The notes: generated from the sequence alone by a model not told the origin. A DNA stretch of 49,349 bases from an uncultured Bacilli bacterium (GCA_944332215.1 CALVJP010000052.1:1-49349); one strand, 5' to 3'. Shown: positions 37,660-46,789, numbered from the stretch's first letter. Made by a program: numbers and translations.

Positions 37660-38670
37660 ATGTTAAAAGGGCTAAAGAAAGTATTTGCTGGTATAGTGGC
37701 TATATCTTTGGTTTTTGTGGTTGGTTTTGGAGCAGTATCAGCAGCGCCAGAAACGATCAAAGTTAAAAGAGCTGAAGTATTATCGGCTTTAGTGGATAAT
37801 GCCGAATATGGTTTTACCATTTTTACCACTGAAGATGGTCAAGTTATATATTGTATGGATGTTGATAAAAAAGCGCTTGATCAAGGTCAAACTGTTACCT
37901 TAAGTGGTAATGGTGATGCAGGGCTTTTATATATTTTGCAAAATGGCTATCCAGCTAAGTCAATTACCGGTAATGATGAAGCTGATAAATATATCACGCA
38001 GGCGGCGGTTTGGTGGTATACTAATGAGGATAAAGTATCCAATGCATTTAAAAATGCTACTAAAGAAACTGATCGCTATCAATTAGTTTCCAAATATATT
38101 AAGCCAATGGTGGAAAATGCTCGTAGTGCCAAAAATAATCAAGTAGCACCGAAGATGGATTTAACAGTGGGGGATACGAATTTTACTTTAACGAGTGATG
38201 GCAAGTATTATGAATCACCTTATATGTCAGCTGCTTTAGTTGGGGCTAGTACTTACGATGTTGTGTTAACTGGTGGCACTAAAAATACGGTTGCTGTTGA
38301 CGAAAAAGGCGTAGCTAAAACTAAATTTAATTCGTCTGAACGTTTAAAAATTAGAGTCCCGGCAGAAGAGGCTACTGACGAAACTAAAATTGTCGTGAAA
38401 TTTACAGCTACTGGCACGACAACGGAAGCTAAAATTTATAAACCAGGCAATGATGTTTATCAAAGAGTGGTAGGTTTGTATGAGGATACTATTCCCTTAG
38501 AAAAAACCGTTAATTTGTCTGTTAAAGGAGGAACGCCAGAAGTAGTTGAGGTTCCAAATACTCAGGCTAATGTTATTTTACTTTGTGTATTTTCTGGTAT
38601 TTTAATTATTATTGTTGGTGGCTCTTTAATCGTATATGCGGGTAACCGTAAACAAAAACTCCAAAAGTGA
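37660..38670 (+). CDS. Surface protein with a thioester (TQxA) domain, paralog B; C-terminal VPNTQA sorting signal
   Basis: The same YCMDVDK (Cys codon 37852-37854) and ITQAAVWWY (Gln codon 37999-38001) motifs occur. VPNTQA (38551-38568) is followed by a hydrophobic segment and NRKQKLQK. Confidence 0.7.
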   Translation: MLKGLKKVFAGIVAISLVFVVGFGAVSAAPETIKVKRAEVLSALVDNAEYGFTIFTTEDGQVIYCMDVDKKALDQGQTVTLSGNGDAGLLYILQNGYPAKSITGNDEADKYITQAAVWWYTNEDKVSNAFKNATKETDRYQLVSKYIKPMVENARSAKNNQVAPKMDLTVGDTNFTLTSDGKYYESPYMSAALVGASTYDVVLTGGTKNTVAVDEKGVAKTKFNSSERLKIRVPAEEATDETKIVVKFTATGTTTEAKIYKPGNDVYQRVVGLYEDTIPLEKTVNLSVKGGTPEVVEVPNTQANVILLCVFSGILIIIVGGSLIVYAGNRKQKLQK

Positions 38671-38802
38671 AATGTAAAGTAATTATGTTTTTATAAGCAT
38701 AATTGCTTTTTTTGCAATTTTATTTTGCTATTTCAGCTTAAAATTGTTATAATAATATTGGTATAAATAAAAAATTTGAGTTAGAGGTTTAAGTGACATA
38801 AC

Positions 38803-38831
38803 TTGACAAAATATGCTTTGTGTGGTATTAT
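38803..38831 (+). promoter_or_regulatory. Consensus-like promoter of the LPKTG protein operon
   Basis: TTGACA, a 17-bp spacer (ending TGG), then TATTAT. Confidence 0.6.
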
Positions 38832-38917
38832 ACCCGCATATAAAGGGGGATTCTCAAAATTGCCTTGTGATTTCAAAAGAAAAATAGAGAAATTACCTTA
38901 TTGAGGAGGAATGAAAA

Positions 38918-40426
38918 ATGAAAAGATTTAAATTAATTAAAGAGATGCAACAACAGCTTACAGCCCGTGGTTTATGGGGACGCTTCATAGATAATGTTAG
39001 AAGTAATGATTTTACAGAAAAAGTCAAAAGAGCTTTAAATGATCGAAGAGTAGCTGTGGGTACTTTTGTTTCAACGGCGGCTTTAGCTATGGCTCTTTCT
39101 ATGCCAGGCCAAGCTCATGCTGATGAAGCAGCTCCTGAAATTGTAGATGCTAATGAGGGAGTAACTCCACTTGAGCAGCCAGCTTCGGATACACAAATGA
39201 CATCACAACAAGATGTTCAAGATTTTGCTAACGAATTGGCGGCATCAGCTCAAGAAACTACGCCTGTGGCTAATGAAACCGTATCTCCGGAATCAACGTT
39301 AGAAAATAATACAACCGTGGAAGTTACTACGCCAGAAGTAGATCCTGAAAATGATATTGAAACGCCAACAGACGAAAGTCAAAAAACTGAAATTGATGGC
39401 GCTGAAGTAGCAAATGACGAAGAAAACAGCCTAGATAATGATATTCAAACACCAATCAATGAAACAGAAGAAAACGAAATTAAAACGGATACAATTGATG
39501 GCGTGGTTATAGATAAAGATGAAAATACTGTAATTATCGATCAGGGTGAAACTCCGAGTGACGAAGTAAACTCTAATGAAAATACTAATGATAGCCAAGC
39601 TATTGTTTATAAAGATAATATGTCTTATAATGATTTAGCTACAGCTTTAGGAATGGATATTGAAGTTTTAAGAGAAACAGTTAATAGTGTAGGTAGTACA
39701 GCGAGTTTTGATGGCATTGTTTCTTACGAGGATGCCCAAAAAATAACGACTGCTTTAGCTAAAGAGCTTAAACAAGAAGAAGTGACAGTTAATCAAGATG
39801 AAAATAAAACGGATGAAAGCTACGTCGATTATGTCGATTCAACTCAATATGAGGGATCTAATTCTTATGATATAGAAACTAATGGTCAAGATGTTATTGT
39901 AGTAGTACCAGGGGATAATGTAGAAGAACCATTATTATGGTTTAGTAATCCTGTAAAAGCCGATGATATTGATAATTTCATTGAAGGATATAATAAAGCA
40001 CATCCAGATAAACCAATTGATCCACTTAAAGCTAATTATGCTTTAGAAGTGGGCCAACTAATTCTTGGTTATGATGTTATATTCTATATGAATGAGGACG
40101 GAACACTTACGGTAAAATCTTCTGATGGCCGAGAAATTTCCATAGAAGTATGCACAGTAACTGATGAAAAATACTATAATCCAGTTGATACTGATCCACT
40201 TAAACCAGTAGTACCAGAAGAGCCGGAAACTCCAGTTATTCCAGAGCCAACACCAGAGCCTGAAACACCAGAAGTACCAGAAAACCCTACAGAAGAGGTT
40301 ATAAGCGAGCCTACTTTACCAAAAACCGGTGATGATATTGCACCATTGATAGCGGGACTTGGCTTTATGACGGCTGCTGGTATGGCCACAGCTGTTGCTG
40401 GCGCTAAAATGCGTAAACGTCGTTAA
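38918..40426 (+). CDS. LPXTG cell-wall-anchored surface protein (acidic Glu/Thr/Asn-rich region, Pro-rich wall spacer)
   Basis: A long N-terminal signal region ends in ALSMPGQAHADEA. A PVVPEEPETPVIPEPTPEPETPEVPENP spacer is followed by LPKTG (40316-40330), a hydrophobic segment and KMRKRR. Confidence 0.8.
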   Translation: MKRFKLIKEMQQQLTARGLWGRFIDNVRSNDFTEKVKRALNDRRVAVGTFVSTAALAMALSMPGQAHADEAAPEIVDANEGVTPLEQPASDTQMTSQQDVQDFANELAASAQETTPVANETVSPESTLENNTTVEVTTPEVDPENDIETPTDESQKTEIDGAEVANDEENSLDNDIQTPINETEENEIKTDTIDGVVIDKDENTVIIDQGETPSDEVNSNENTNDSQAIVYKDNMSYNDLATALGMDIEVLRETVNSVGSTASFDGIVSYEDAQKITTALAKELKQEEVTVNQDENKTDESYVDYVDSTQYEGSNSYDIETNGQDVIVVVPGDNVEEPLLWFSNPVKADDIDNFIEGYNKAHPDKPIDPLKANYALEVGQLILGYDVIFYMNEDGTLTVKSSDGREISIEVCTVTDEKYYNPVDTDPLKPVVPEEPETPVIPEPTPEPETPEVPENPTEEVISEPTLPKTGDDIAPLIAGLGFMTAAGMATAVAGAKMRKRR

Positions 40427-40461
40427 TTACAATTGCGATAAAAAGAAAGAGGGGCATTAAT

Positions 40462-40701
40462 ATGAAAGAAAAGGTAAAAATGATGAAAGGCAGTCAAGAA
40501 GTGGAAGCAACTATTCTTGGCTGCTTTGAATTAGAAAATGGCAAAAATTATTTAGTTTATCATTTTGAAGATGAAACTGACGACGTTTATGTTTCATCTA
40601 TTGTAGATAAAGATGATGAAATCGAATTACACGATGTCAGCGATGATGAAATGGAATTAGTTCAAAAAATTATTGATGGATTAGCAGAAGAAGGTGAATA
40701 A
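40462..40701 (+). CDS. DUF1292 (YrzB/UPF0473-like) small acidic protein
   Basis: The pattern E.EATILGCFELENGKNYLVYHFEDE.DDVYVS.IVDKDDEIELHDVSDDEMELV fits DUF1292. No terminator separates it from the upstream LPKTG gene. Confidence 0.55.
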   Translation: MKEKVKMMKGSQEVEATILGCFELENGKNYLVYHFEDETDDVYVSSIVDKDDEIELHDVSDDEMELVQKIIDGLAEEGE

Positions 40702-40702
40702 A

Positions 40703-42853
40703 ATGGCTGAAAATAGAATTGAAAAAAACTTGATTGAGCAAAATGGAATGTTTATTTATATGGGAGGGCGTCATGCGCAGTTTGAAGTGGCTTCAAAAGA
40801 GAAAATTGCTGAAGCTTATCAAGCTATGAAATACGCCAAAAAACTAGTAGCTCAAAAAGAAAAATATAATGATCAAATTGAGGCTTTAAATAAAGAATTT
40901 GTGCAACTTCAAGATCGTATTACAACATTAGCATCAGCAATGAATCAGCATCAATACTTAGATGATGTTCAGTTGAAACTTATCCATGATTTGGTTCAAC
41001 TCGAAATTCGCTGCTGTGATATAAAAAAAGCAATTGAAGTAAAAGAACAGAAAATAGATGATATTATCAAAAGCCTAGATGAGATTGATAGTCATAAAGA
41101 TTATAATATCAAAGTTTTTGAAAACACTGGTATATTTCATGACTTTACTAGAGCAATTAATGTGGCTAAAGCTAAAACAACAATTGGTGTAAAAGATTTT
41201 TCTCGTATGTCAGGTCACAAAGTGGCAAAATTTGTTGGAGCTAAAAAAACAAAATTAAAAGAAGCATTGCGAAATAAATTAGCCGATAAATTTACAGCCA
41301 ACAAAGCAGCTGAAAAATATGAACGTAAGCTTTTAAAGACTGAGGACAAACTTGAAGTGACTTGGGAAAGTGTTCTTGGAGCTAAAGATCATTTTCAAAG
41401 CCAATTTGAAGCAGCATATAAGAATTTAAGCAATGACCTTGAGGCACCTCGTTATTCGATTGAAAACTTAGATAATTTAAAGAAAGCAGCAATTAACTAT
41501 TACAATGTAAGCAAAAAATATGTAAGACAATCGCATAAAGCAGACTATTTAGCATATCGTACAGAGTGCCTTGATTTGCTAAAAAAATATCAAACCTCAA
41601 CTACAGATGGTATAATTACTCTTAAAGTTGGCAATGAAACTTATGAAATTAGAGAAAAACACAAAGTATCAGATATGATGGATGTTTATAATACAATTGT
41701 TGATTTTGAAGCTAGTCTTTTAGTAGATAAGGCGGCAGAGTCAATTGATCCTGAAACAGAGCAAATCGTAGCAGATAAAGAAAATCAAAGCGAGCCTATA
41801 GCCCAAATTATTGATGCGCCAGCAATTGCTCCTATGAGTTATGTTGAAATGAAAAAACGGACTGAAGCAATGAAGGCTGAAGCAACTAGGCCACAAGAAA
41901 ACGTAGAAAAAACTGATACAGCTAATGTTGTAAATGAGATAGAAGCGGAAATAACTACACTTCAATCTCGTTATCGAAGTCAAGAAGCCGATAATATTAG
42001 AAAAGGTGTTATATTCGATCCAGAATTGGAAAATTTACAACAACAAATTAATAATTTAAATAATGAAATTCAACACGAACAGATGAATAATGTAATAGCT
42101 GAAGAACCTAAAGAAGCAAGAGTGAAAAGTGCGACTGAGAACGAAATCGAATCTGAAATACAAGCATTACAATCACGATATAATAGTAAAGTAGCTAATA
42201 ACCAAAGAAATGGCACTTGGTATGATCCAGAATTAGATACTTTGCAAGCTCAAATTGATCATTTGCAAGCAGAACTTAAACATGAACAAGAGGTTACTGA
42301 TAGACAAGGTGTAATGGAAATGTCAAAGTCGGTGGAACCTACACCTATAATTGTTGATATGCCTAAAGTTGAACAGGAAAATAAAAGTGAGCCTCAAGTA
42401 GCAAGCAATGCTCAAAGCCCTCAAAATGACCCAGTTTTGGAAAATGATAAAAAAGCTTTTCCTAATTGGTCTGAAGAGGACTTAAAGAGAGATAATGCAA
42501 TTCTTGAAGAAATCAATTCTAAATATCCTGATCCTAGCAAATTATCTGGAAGTGAAAAAAGTGCGTATGAAGCATTAGTGCAAGAACATGGGGAAATTTT
42601 AGATAGAAATCCGATCAATGTAAATATTTCACCAGAACGACAGTGGCTTGATGAACAAATGGATCAAACCCCTATGATGTTCATGCCAAATGGAGATCAA
42701 GTACCTGAAGATCCATATCGTGCTAAATTGTTAGAAGCTATGGATGCTGCTGAGATAGCTATAGATTACGAGCAATTTCGCAATTTAAAAGCTGAATATG
42801 AAAAAACATATGGCACACTGGAAGGTGAAAAAACGCAATCCAAAGTTAAATAA
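40703..42853 (+). CDS. 717-aa cytoplasmic coiled-coil protein of unknown function with an internal duplicated module
   Basis: The ATG at 40703 follows the RBS GAAGGTGA, and its start region overlaps the DUF1292 stop. There is no signal peptide or TM segment. The protein has long heptad-like charged helices, and I recognise no family. Confidence 0.5.
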   Translation: MAENRIEKNLIEQNGMFIYMGGRHAQFEVASKEKIAEAYQAMKYAKKLVAQKEKYNDQIEALNKEFVQLQDRITTLASAMNQHQYLDDVQLKLIHDLVQLEIRCCDIKKAIEVKEQKIDDIIKSLDEIDSHKDYNIKVFENTGIFHDFTRAINVAKAKTTIGVKDFSRMSGHKVAKFVGAKKTKLKEALRNKLADKFTANKAAEKYERKLLKTEDKLEVTWESVLGAKDHFQSQFEAAYKNLSNDLEAPRYSIENLDNLKKAAINYYNVSKKYVRQSHKADYLAYRTECLDLLKKYQTSTTDGIITLKVGNETYEIREKHKVSDMMDVYNTIVDFEASLLVDKAAESIDPETEQIVADKENQSEPIAQIIDAPAIAPMSYVEMKKRTEAMKAEATRPQENVEKTDTANVVNEIEAEITTLQSRYRSQEADNIRKGVIFDPELENLQQQINNLNNEIQHEQMNNVIAEEPKEARVKSATENEIESEIQALQSRYNSKVANNQRNGTWYDPELDTLQAQIDHLQAELKHEQEVTDRQGVMEMSKSVEPTPIIVDMPKVEQENKSEPQVASNAQSPQNDPVLENDKKAFPNWSEEDLKRDNAILEEINSKYPDPSKLSGSEKSAYEALVQEHGEILDRNPINVNISPERQWLDEQMDQTPMMFMPNGDQVPEDPYRAKLLEAMDAAEIAIDYEQFRNLKAEYEKTYGTLEGEKTQSKVK
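41924..42289 (+). repeat. Internal protein-level duplication in the coiled-coil protein
   Basis: NVVNEIEAEITTLQSRYRSQEADNIRKGVIFDPELENLQQQINNLNNEIQHEQ (41924-42082) aligns with ATENEIESEIQALQSRYNSKVANNQRNGTWYDPELDTLQAQIDHLQAELKHEQ (42131-42289). In my hand alignment 29 of 53 positions are identical. Confidence 0.8.
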
Positions 42854-42878
42854 AAGTCAATTATAATAATTGGCTTTT
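42852..42878 (+). terminator. Hairpin terminator after the coiled-coil gene
   Basis: A 12-bp stem (AAAAGTCAATTA / TAATTGGCTTTT, with one G-U pair). The T tail is short. Confidence 0.4.
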
Positions 42879-42946
42879 AATATGCAATCAATTGACTTTT
42901 ATGCTAAAAACACATATAATTTTAAATAGATGTAAGGAGAGATAAT

Positions 42947-44218
42947 ATGATACAAAAGCCTAAAGGGACTTATGATATTTTTGGAAAAAAGGCGACTAAA
43001 ATTTTATATATTAGAAAACTTATAACTGCTTTAATGGATAAATATAATTATAAATACTTTCAAACCCCAATTTTTGAAGCAAGCGAATTATTCCACCGAG
43101 GAGTAGGGGAAACCACAGATATTGTGAGTAAAGAAACCTATGATTTTAAAGATCGGGGAAACCGTAATTTGACTTTAAGACCAGAAGGCACAGCCGGATT
43201 AGTGCGTTGCTTTATCGAAAACAAATTGTATGTTGAAGCTATGCCTTTAAAAGCTTGGTATTTCGGCTCAATGTTTAGGTATGAGCGCCCACAATCAGGC
43301 CGAAATAGAGAATTTACCCAATTTGGTGTCGAGGCCTTTGGTAGTAATGATCCAATGCTCGATGCCGAAGTTATTAGTATCATTGTCAATTTATTTAAAA
43401 TGGTTGGCCTAAAAGGTATTAAAGTTAATATCAATTCACTAGGGGATATAGAATCACGAATGAATTATCGCCAAGCTTTATTAGAATATTTTAAACCTTA
43501 TATAAACGATTTATGTGAGGATTGTCAAACAAGATATGAAAAAAACCCATTGCGAATTTTAGATTGTAAAGTTGATGGAAAAAAGGAAATTATGCAAAAT
43601 GCTCCTAAAATGGCCGATTATTTAAATGAGGCAAGTAAAGAGCATTATGCTAAAGTAAAAGAATATTTAACGGCCATGAACATTGAATACGTCGAGAATA
43701 CCCAACTAGTTAGAGGGCTTGATTATTATACCCACACCGTCTTTGAAGTAGAAGCCGACATTAAAGGTTTTGGTAGTCAAAATGTATTAGGCGCGGGTGG
43801 AAGATATAATAATTTAGTCGAAACCGTTGGGGGACCAGCTACTTGTGGTGTTGGTTTTGCAATCGGCCTTGAACGTTTTCTCTTAGCTTTAGAAGCGGAA
43901 AAAATAGAAATTACTGAGGAAGAGGATTTAGATGTTTATATTTTTGCTATGGATGAAGCCCAAAAACCATATGTAATTAGTATAGCAAATACCTTAAGAT
44001 TAAATGGATTTAATGTTGATGTCGACTATGTAAGCCGCAATTTAAAAAACAACTTTAAACATGCAGATCGTTTAAAAACCAAATTTGTTATAATTATTGG
44101 GGACGAAGAAGTTTCATCTAAAATCTTAACCGTTAAAAACAACCAAACCAAAGAAGAATATAAAATCAAACTTGAAGAATTAATACATTTTTTAGATAGT
44201 AAAATAGGTGATGAATAA
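42947..44218 (+). CDS. hisS: Histidine-tRNA ligase
   Basis: Class II aaRS motifs (LRPEGTA, FRYERPQ.GR.REF.Q, GGGRYN/GGRYNN). Confidence 0.95.
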   Translation: MIQKPKGTYDIFGKKATKILYIRKLITALMDKYNYKYFQTPIFEASELFHRGVGETTDIVSKETYDFKDRGNRNLTLRPEGTAGLVRCFIENKLYVEAMPLKAWYFGSMFRYERPQSGRNREFTQFGVEAFGSNDPMLDAEVISIIVNLFKMVGLKGIKVNINSLGDIESRMNYRQALLEYFKPYINDLCEDCQTRYEKNPLRILDCKVDGKKEIMQNAPKMADYLNEASKEHYAKVKEYLTAMNIEYVENTQLVRGLDYYTHTVFEVEADIKGFGSQNVLGAGGRYNNLVETVGGPATCGVGFAIGLERFLLALEAEKIEITEEEDLDVYIFAMDEAQKPYVISIANTLRLNGFNVDVDYVSRNLKNNFKHADRLKTKFVIIIGDEEVSSKILTVKNNQTKEEYKIKLEELIHFLDSKIGDE

Positions 44219-44220
44219 AA

Positions 44221-45945
44221 ATGAAAGTAAATAATACTAGCTTTAATATAGAAAATATAGATGAAATAGTAACCTTAAATGGTTGGGTAGCTAAAAAACG
44301 TGATTTAGGTGGTGTAATTTTTATAGATTTACGTGATCGAAGTGGAATTATTCAATTAGTTGTTAATCCTCAAAGCCCTGCTTATAAATTAGCTTTATCT
44401 TTAAAAAGCGAATATGTTATTGAAGTTACCGGGAAAATTACTAAAAGACAAAACGTTAATGAACATTTACAAACAGGCGCCATTGAAGTAGTCGTAGATC
44501 AAATCCAAATTTTAAATGAATGTGCCGAAATTCCGTTTGAATTAGACAAAACCACGGCATTAGAAGAAACAAGACTCAAATACCGTTATTTAGATTTAAG
44601 ACGTGATCAATTAAAAAGCAATTTAATAATGAAACATAAAATCATGCAGAGTGCTAGAAATTATTTAAATAAGGCAGAATTTATCGAGTTAGAAACCCCG
44701 ATTTTGGGGTTATCAACCCCCGAAGGAGCCCGTGATTACTTGGTGCCATCAAGAGTTAATGAAGGACGTTTTTACGCTTTGCCTCAATCTCCACAGTTAT
44801 TTAAACAATTACTTATGGTATCAGGATTTGAAAAATATTATCAAATTGCCCGTTGTTTTCGCGATGAAGATCTAAGAGCGGATAGGCAACCTGAATTTAC
44901 TCAAATTGACTTAGAAATGAGCTTTGTAAATGAAGAAGATATTATGACTTTAACTGAAGAGATGTTAAAGAAAATTTTTAAAGATACCAAAGGTATAGAT
45001 GTCCCTACGCCATTTATCCGCATGACTTATAAAGAATCCATGGATAATTATGGCTCAGATAAACCAGATACAAGATTTGAATTAAAAATAAAAGACATTA
45101 CTAAAGTTTTTAGCAAAACAGATTTTAGTATTTTTAAAGAAGTAATTGATAATAAAGGGATCATTAATTGTTTAGTTGTTAAAAATGCCGCTGAAAATTA
45201 TTCCAGAAAAGATATTGAAAAGCTTCAAGAATATGTAAAAACTTATCGTGCAAAAGCTTTAGCTTTCTTAAAATATAATGAGGAATTTACGGGAAGCATT
45301 GCCAAATTTGTAACACCAGAGATAGCTCAGGCCTTAAAAGAAACGTTAAACTTGGAAAATAATGATTTAATATTAATTGTCGCCGGCGATAAAAAAATTG
45401 TAAAAACATCTTTAGGAGCTTTAAGACTGAAACTAGGTAAAGAATTAAATTTAATTTCTCAAGATAAATACAATTTTCTTTGGGTAACCGATTTTCCTAT
45501 GTTTGAATATAGTGAAGAAGAAAAGCGTTATCTTGCTTGTCATCATCCTTTTACCGCCCCAGCTGATATAAATACTTTGGCGGATAAAGAAGGAGCTTTG
45601 GCGAGAGCTTATGATGTGGTTTTAAATGGTTATGAAATTGGTGGTGGCAGTATCAGAATACATAGACCTGATGTTCAAGAAAAAGTTTTGGCCGCCCTAG
45701 GTTTTCCTAAAGAAAGAGCTGAGAAAGAATTTGGTTTCTTACTTAAAGCTTTAACTTTAGGAGCCCCACCTCATGGGGGACTAGCTTTGGGCCTTGAACG
45801 CTTAACTATGATTATTTGTGGAACAGATAATATTCGTGATGTGATTGCTTTTCCTAAAACTACAAGTGCTTCTTGTTTAATGACTGAGGCGCCCGGAATT
45901 GTTAGCAAAAACCAACTTGAGGAATTGCATATTGCTTTAAAATAG
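44221..45945 (+). CDS. aspS: Aspartate-tRNA ligase
   Basis: OB-fold N-terminus (GWVAKKRDLGGVIFIDLRD), FRDEDLRADRQPEFTQ, GGGSIRIH and the GLERL motif. Confidence 0.95.
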   Translation: MKVNNTSFNIENIDEIVTLNGWVAKKRDLGGVIFIDLRDRSGIIQLVVNPQSPAYKLALSLKSEYVIEVTGKITKRQNVNEHLQTGAIEVVVDQIQILNECAEIPFELDKTTALEETRLKYRYLDLRRDQLKSNLIMKHKIMQSARNYLNKAEFIELETPILGLSTPEGARDYLVPSRVNEGRFYALPQSPQLFKQLLMVSGFEKYYQIARCFRDEDLRADRQPEFTQIDLEMSFVNEEDIMTLTEEMLKKIFKDTKGIDVPTPFIRMTYKESMDNYGSDKPDTRFELKIKDITKVFSKTDFSIFKEVIDNKGIINCLVVKNAAENYSRKDIEKLQEYVKTYRAKALAFLKYNEEFTGSIAKFVTPEIAQALKETLNLENNDLILIVAGDKKIVKTSLGALRLKLGKELNLISQDKYNFLWVTDFPMFEYSEEEKRYLACHHPFTAPADINTLADKEGALARAYDVVLNGYEIGGGSIRIHRPDVQEKVLAALGFPKERAEKEFGFLLKALTLGAPPHGGLALGLERLTMIICGTDNIRDVIAFPKTTSASCLMTEAPGIVSKNQLEELHIALK

Positions 45946-45963
45946 CTTTTAAGTAGGGACTAC

Positions 45964-46767
45964 ATGGAAAAATACCGTGAAATAGAGAAAAGCATTATCA
46001 AAAAATACCGAAAGGATATTTGGAGCAAATTTGTTAAAGCAATTAAAAATTATGAATTAATTAAGGAAAACGATCGAATTGCAGTATGTCTTAGTGGGGG
46101 GAAAGATTCATTTTTATTAGCTAAGTGTATGCAAGAATTACAAAGACATGGGCAGTTTAAATTTGAATTAGAATTCATGATAATGGATCCAGGTTATACC
46201 AAAGAAAATTTAGATAAAATTAAAGAAAATTTGCAGCTTTTAAAAATTAATGCCCATATATTTGAAACCCCAGTTTTTAAAATTGCTAGCACTAGTGCAA
46301 GTCCTTGTTATTTATGTGCTAAAATGCGGCGTGGATATTTGTATGATTATGCGAAAAAGCTTGGGTGCAATAAAATTGCATTAGGTCATCATATGGACGA
46401 TGTAGTCGAAACTATTATGTTAAATTTAATATACAATGGAGCCTATTCCAGTATGATGCCTAAACTTAAAAGCGATAACTTTGAAAATATCGAATTAATT
46501 CGTCCATTATATTTAATTCGAGAAAAGAGTATTGAAGTTTGGCGTGATTATAATCAATTAAAATTTATTGATTGTGCTTGCAAAGTTACCAAAAAAAGTG
46601 CTGGTAAAAGATTAGAAATGAAAAAACTCTTGAAAACCTTAGAAAAGTATAATAAAGACGTGGCCAAAAGTATTTTCACTTCCGCGAGTAATGTTAATTT
46701 AAATACAATTATCCAATATAAAAAGGGCCATCATAATTATAGTTTTTTAGACAACTATGAAAAATGA
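45964..46767 (+). CDS. PP-loop ATPase, TtcA-like tRNA 2-thiocytidine biosynthesis family
   Basis: The SGGKDS PP-loop, GHHMDD, and CxxC-type Cys residues (PCYLCAKMRR). Confidence 0.75.
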   Translation: MEKYREIEKSIIKKYRKDIWSKFVKAIKNYELIKENDRIAVCLSGGKDSFLLAKCMQELQRHGQFKFELEFMIMDPGYTKENLDKIKENLQLLKINAHIFETPVFKIASTSASPCYLCAKMRRGYLYDYAKKLGCNKIALGHHMDDVVETIMLNLIYNGAYSSMMPKLKSDNFENIELIRPLYLIREKSIEVWRDYNQLKFIDCACKVTKKSAGKRLEMKKLLKTLEKYNKDVAKSIFTSASNVNLNTIIQYKKGHHNYSFLDNYEK

Positions 46768-46789
46768 TGTCAACTTAGAGTAAAAAGGG

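Larger units (their letters stand above)
36439..38670 (+). repeat. Tandem gene duplication (two thioester adhesin paralogs) with mosaic nucleotide identity
   Basis: The 53-nt block 36559-36611 is identical to 37774-37826. Further long identical runs occur (for example GGTAATGGTGATGCAGGGCTTTTATATATTTT in both), and the C-terminal halves diverge. Confidence 0.85.
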
